NCBI GenBank assembly: GCA_000934665.2
Contig: KZ538043.1
Location: 1-64,000 of the forward strand
Origin: Catajapyx aquilonaris
Taxonomy: Eukaryota
Reading direction: 5' to 3'
DNA length: 64,000 nucleotides
Shown here: positions 59,629 to 64,000 of the stretch, piece after piece
How positions within the stretch are numbered: position 1 is the first letter of the stretch
Layout of the letters: the number at the start of each line of letters is the position of its first letter
The notes under the pieces: generated by a model
Told to the model about the DNA's origin: nothing
The model's database searches: none
Seen by the model: the letters and a program-made list of their open reading frames with translations, nothing else
Program-made: the position numbers and the translations under genes

Positions 59629-62600
59629 AGTGTCGCAGGACCGTGTCTTTCCCAGCAGTTCCAGCATCACACCTGCCATGCATCCTGTTACCAAACAGGA
59701 AAGAGCAAGGCGCATACCAGGTATTTTAACCGTGTTATCCCACTGATTATGGACCATTACTTCCGTGGTGCCACCAACCCTTCCCGGTTGCAAACAGTCA
59801 TCTCGCCAACTATGAAATATGACACAAGTTAGAACGAGGTGGAAGTCTAAGCAGTTTCGAAACGAGCCTTGGGTGTTGGGGGGATCTGGTGGTGGTGGTG
59901 GCTGGGGGTTGATCGTAAGACCCAAAAGAAGGCACGCCTTGAAGTCCCCCCCCCCCCCCCCNGATATGACATTTGGGCCTGGAGAACAAGAAATCAATGT
60001 TCTCTCCGCGGAATTTCCGTGCACGCAGTTTCCTCTCCATTCTCCGCACACTCGCCGCGAACAGCGGCCAACATTTCCGATAAAAGTCGGTGAGAATTTT
60101 CCCTTTCCTTTTTTTTTTTATTTTTTTTTATATTCGGGAGGTCCTTTCCCCCCCCCTCTCTTGCTAACTCCTCTGCCCGGCTATAGCTTGCCGGGTCCAT
60201 ATTTTATTGGGTGAGTGTTGGTGCGGGGGGGTAGCGGGAGTGTCGGGACATCGATTTAGGAGGAAAAGGGGCGCCCCCGGAGGGCCTCACCCCGGAGGAG
60301 GAGGAGCCTGGGAGTAGTTGGCCACCGGCGCTCTCTTCGGTAACCTTACTCCAACCAGGCAATGCGGTTGCCAACAGCTGTCATTTGGACTCATCTTGTA
60401 ACGAGCAACCCGATTGGTTAACGTCCTGGAGCACCGCATTAAATTAGATAGTTATCCAAGATTTTCTGTTGGAGAAGAAAACATACAAAAAATAGTTATT
60501 TCATCTCCATGGTACTGTAGGAGAGATGAGATCTAAGCCTGTGGCCCGCCGGCTGACGCAAGGTAATGTGGATAGATTTTTGGGGGGGTTAGGGGGGGGG
60601 AGGGGGAAAAAAGGTGATTTTTGAAAGTTTGAAATTCTGGGCAGGTTGGGTGGGAGTGTTATTTTGTAGCACGTGCTGTTTAAATAGGGCGGGGTCTTGA
60701 ATGGTGGGGGAGGCAATTTTTGGCATATTGGGACTGCATGGAAATGAGGGGTTTAATGCGGGTAATGGAGCTGACCGGCGCTGTGATGGGAAATATTGGA
60801 AGTCGTGCCAGTTTTACTAAAATCTTTCGATATTTTTCTTCGGTAGTAATTATATTGGTGTTCAAAACAATTAGTGACGAGTTTTAATGTTGTGGTAGAT
60901 TACAATAAGTTATTAAGTGAATACCTGTCTTTTTCGATTAAATTACATTTTCCAGTCATTATTAGATCATGGCATAATTGGGTAGCCAGAGATGACTATA
61001 GTGTCATATTCCAGTTATGATTACATATTAGTACTGTGTTGGAATGATATTATTTGGGACGTGGCATGTGCAGTTTTTTTGCATTCTTCTGCTCAACCTT
61101 GGTGGATGCAAGCATGCCTCATTATTACTATGTAATGTGGTGTACAACGTTACATACACTGGGGGAGATAATTTTTAAATTAGATTTAATGCAATGATTA
61201 CTATCCATCTCATTGCATAGTTAACCAGCCACACTTGTCGATGTTTCTAAAAAAATTACCTACAAATAAGAGGTGGCATGGTTATTAGTGACAACAACAT
61301 GCAAGTGTTAACTTGTATGTGTGCAGCGTTATTGATGGCAAGCTTTGTTTAAAACGAACTGGTATATACACTGGCGCACCTGTGTGCAGCCTATGGCCCG
61401 CGGACAAATTTTGGCCCGCGAGGCGTTAAGCCGCAAGCCTCGGGGATCACAGGACCTAAAATAAAAGCGGCTGGGACACTTTTTCAGGCATGAAATCGAT
61501 GTGCGAATAAAATGGACAGTGCATTTTTATGCCAACGACATTATGTATCACGAGCCATCTAAACAAGTTAAATGATTATGAGGCATTTTATGCTCGGCAC
61601 CATTTGAAGTATAGGCCTCAGACAACCTGCAATAAGAGAAAGGCGGAATTTTCCTATCGCCGTTGGGATTCGATATCATGTCGGGCCATTTATAAACCAA
61701 CCTGTAAATCAGAATTAAAAGTTGCAGTTTTGATAGCTCTTCATTTGCCTATACGAACTGAAAATGTATAATTCCCTTTATCTTATGACTACAGTTTATC
61801 TCGCTTCAAATCCCTTTTGAATTTTTCGTCATATGAAAGACACCTTAACCTTCAACGCCACCTATAAATGCATGTGGGAATTGCCACAAAATTTCTCTTT
61901 GGGTATAATCAGCAGCCTCTCACCCACCCACCCATTCGCAGCATCCCAAGACCCAAATCGGTGACCCGAATCTCTGAGGGCAAAGGCGGATTGGGACTTG
62001 GGAGAACATACACAAGACCGGGGTTGTACCGATGGCTGTCCCCAGGGATTAAGGGGTGGAGCGATTATCCCTGGGGAAATGCAAGATAAGACAGGCAAGG
62101 ACTGATCATACAATAATAAAAACATCAAATTAGTCACATTACGACAGATATGCGTGACTGATATAGTTATTGGTAGTTGTTTGAAAATTCACATAACTTA
62201 TAGTCTTCCTTATCAATAAAACAGAAGCGGTACCTTGATTTTCAGGACCATGGTTAAGTTTGTGAAGGGTCTACAATATATGTCTCATTTAAATTACCGA
62301 AATTGATATGTGAATAGTTTTGAATCTGAATCATAGATCAAATTATTGATATTAAAAGTACAGTAATTTATAAGTGATTCAGGCCCAGCTTTTTAAATAA
62401 TTGAATCAAATATATTGGAAATCAATAGTTCGGGGATGATCGTTTGCTGTAATGCAAATCAATATAAGTAATGAGCAAATAAACCAACTTACACAAAATT
62501 ATGCTTCAAATATGGATTAAGTTTAAAATAATAGGCCTATCTAAAACCGCTCCATGTGCTAGCTGCATGCTATTAAGAAACCGGTAGTATAAGCACTGAT

Positions 62601-62629
62601 ACGAATTTTAACTATTTCCAGAATATTTA

Positions 62630-62977
62630 TTTTTATTTTTTATTTTTTTGCATTACCCCACGGGGGGAGTTACGTACTCCTTAGGGGGGATGGATTACCA
62701 CCATTGGGGTTTTCGTTGGAGCGAGTTAAGATAGAATCTTATTAGTGTACTCCAAGGGTGGGTGGGAGGGGATGTGCAAAGTGCAAGTGCAATGTCTCTA
62801 ATCGTCATTTTGTGAACTCCCCCGGGTGGCTTAATCTGTCGGAAATTGCCACCCGAAACGAAGCCAGAGATGGCCCAACTCTGCACGAAAGAAGGTGGGA
62901 ACCCCGGGTGGGGATTGAACCCGGGACCTTAACTTCCGTGGGCGCGCGCGTTACCGCGGCGCCACTCCGTCTCCCCC
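62630..62977 (-). mobile_element. tRNA-derived SINE (family 2), full length
   Basis: Perfect 16-bp TSD ATTTCCAGAATATTTA (62614-62629, 62978-62993). A box TGGCGCCGCGG, B box GGTTCAATCCC, and A-rich tail after GGGGTAATGC. Confidence 0.93.
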
Positions 62978-64000
62978 ATTTCCAGAATATTTACTCACAT
63001 TATAACTATCTATTGGAACGAGTGGGCTAAATAAGCTGGTATAGTCCTTGTATGGTGCAGAATACCATTTTTAGAAGCATAGGAAGTCGTACATGATATG
63101 GATTAGAAGTCAATTCACATGCAAATGCATGATATAACTTACTATAATTTTGATTACTTTTTAAAAGTTCAGGAAGAAATTTGTTTAAAAAAATCACTAA
63201 CATATTTTCCATACACATTCAGAGGTGTTTCGCAGAGTAAGACGAGATCTGGTATTGTGATGTATGGGATAATATTATACAGTACCCTAGGTTAAAGGCA
63301 ATAATTTCTTCAAACTTAATGCTGACCCTATAAAATGAATGGCTAGAATGTATTCTAAAAATAACAAAATAAATGGTATAAATATGTAGATTTCCTGGCC
63401 ATCCGCTGGTAACCCCAGTCTTAATTCAGGGGAAAAGCTGTGATGTATAATGATGAAATAAATTTCCTGAGGAACTGTAATATTTACATGCTATTACGTA
63501 TAGGTATTTTAAATCCATATCTCACTTTTCATTTTTGAAAGGCCGGCCGTACAAGGGACACGCTTTGTGCTCATTTCAGTGTAATGTACCTGAACATCTT
63601 GCTCATCTGTCACTTTTTAAAACCTGCTTATGGGCATAACATTTTCAAATGAGCACAATATGCAATGCATTATACGTGGTATCATTGACATGAAAGGTTG
63701 TTATAAAAAGCTATAAGTGTGTACATATCCACCGCTTATCGTCTTTCACACTTACACTGTAGAGTAAACTATACAGTAATGCATGATTGATTTATTCCTT
63801 TTGAGCGCATTATCTCTCTGAAATATAATTTACGGACATAATCAAATCCCCAGGCTTCCGAGAAGAACTGAATCAATTGATCATAAACATTTTATGCAGT
63901 CTAACCAGTATTTAAGTGAATTTTATAAATGGCATAAATGGCATTACATATTTTTTTTGCGATACCCTGCTGCATTCACACTGTAAATAGTGACCCCCAC

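Noticed and set aside
61370..61430. hAT-like GGCCCGCG subterminal motifs (and a TA-CGAGG mariner-like end at ~54299)
   Set aside because: Only one end is recognisable, so boundaries cannot be supported.

Overview
Eukaryotic genomic DNA with spliceosomal GT-AG introns, many of them only 58-100 nt. It is most likely from an arthropod, judged by a gustavus orthologue, Cht11-type chitinases and a DM4/DM12-like secreted protein. The first ~28 kb is gene-dense and contains, in order: the 5' part of a CPTP/GLTP gene (-), an EEF1AKMT4/ECE2-like methyltransferase (+), two tandem type-II-anchored GH18 chitinases (-), a compact REV1 (+), GMP synthase (-), a secreted His/Gly-rich protein with a DM4/DM12-like C-terminus (+), and gustavus/SPSB (-). 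The chitinase pair arose from a local tandem duplication that lost the second methyltransferase copy. The last intron of the His/Gly-rich gene holds an intact tRNA-Ile with the eukaryote-atypical GAT anticodon. The probable gustavus promoter lies ~16 kb upstream at ~44.3 kb, and 44.6-64 kb has no recognisable coding gene. tRNA-derived SINEs (several with TSDs), MITEs, a mariner remnant and microsatellites are scattered throughout. The most notable items are the intronic tRNA-Ile(GAT), a 276-bp highly structured bipartite LINE-derived insertion in REV1 intron 1, the chitinase duplication with datable TE insertions, modular head/tail swapping among the SINEs, and the His-rich secreted protein. 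Exon coordinates were derived by hand from splice sites and reading frames, and family names come from recalled motifs, not database searches.
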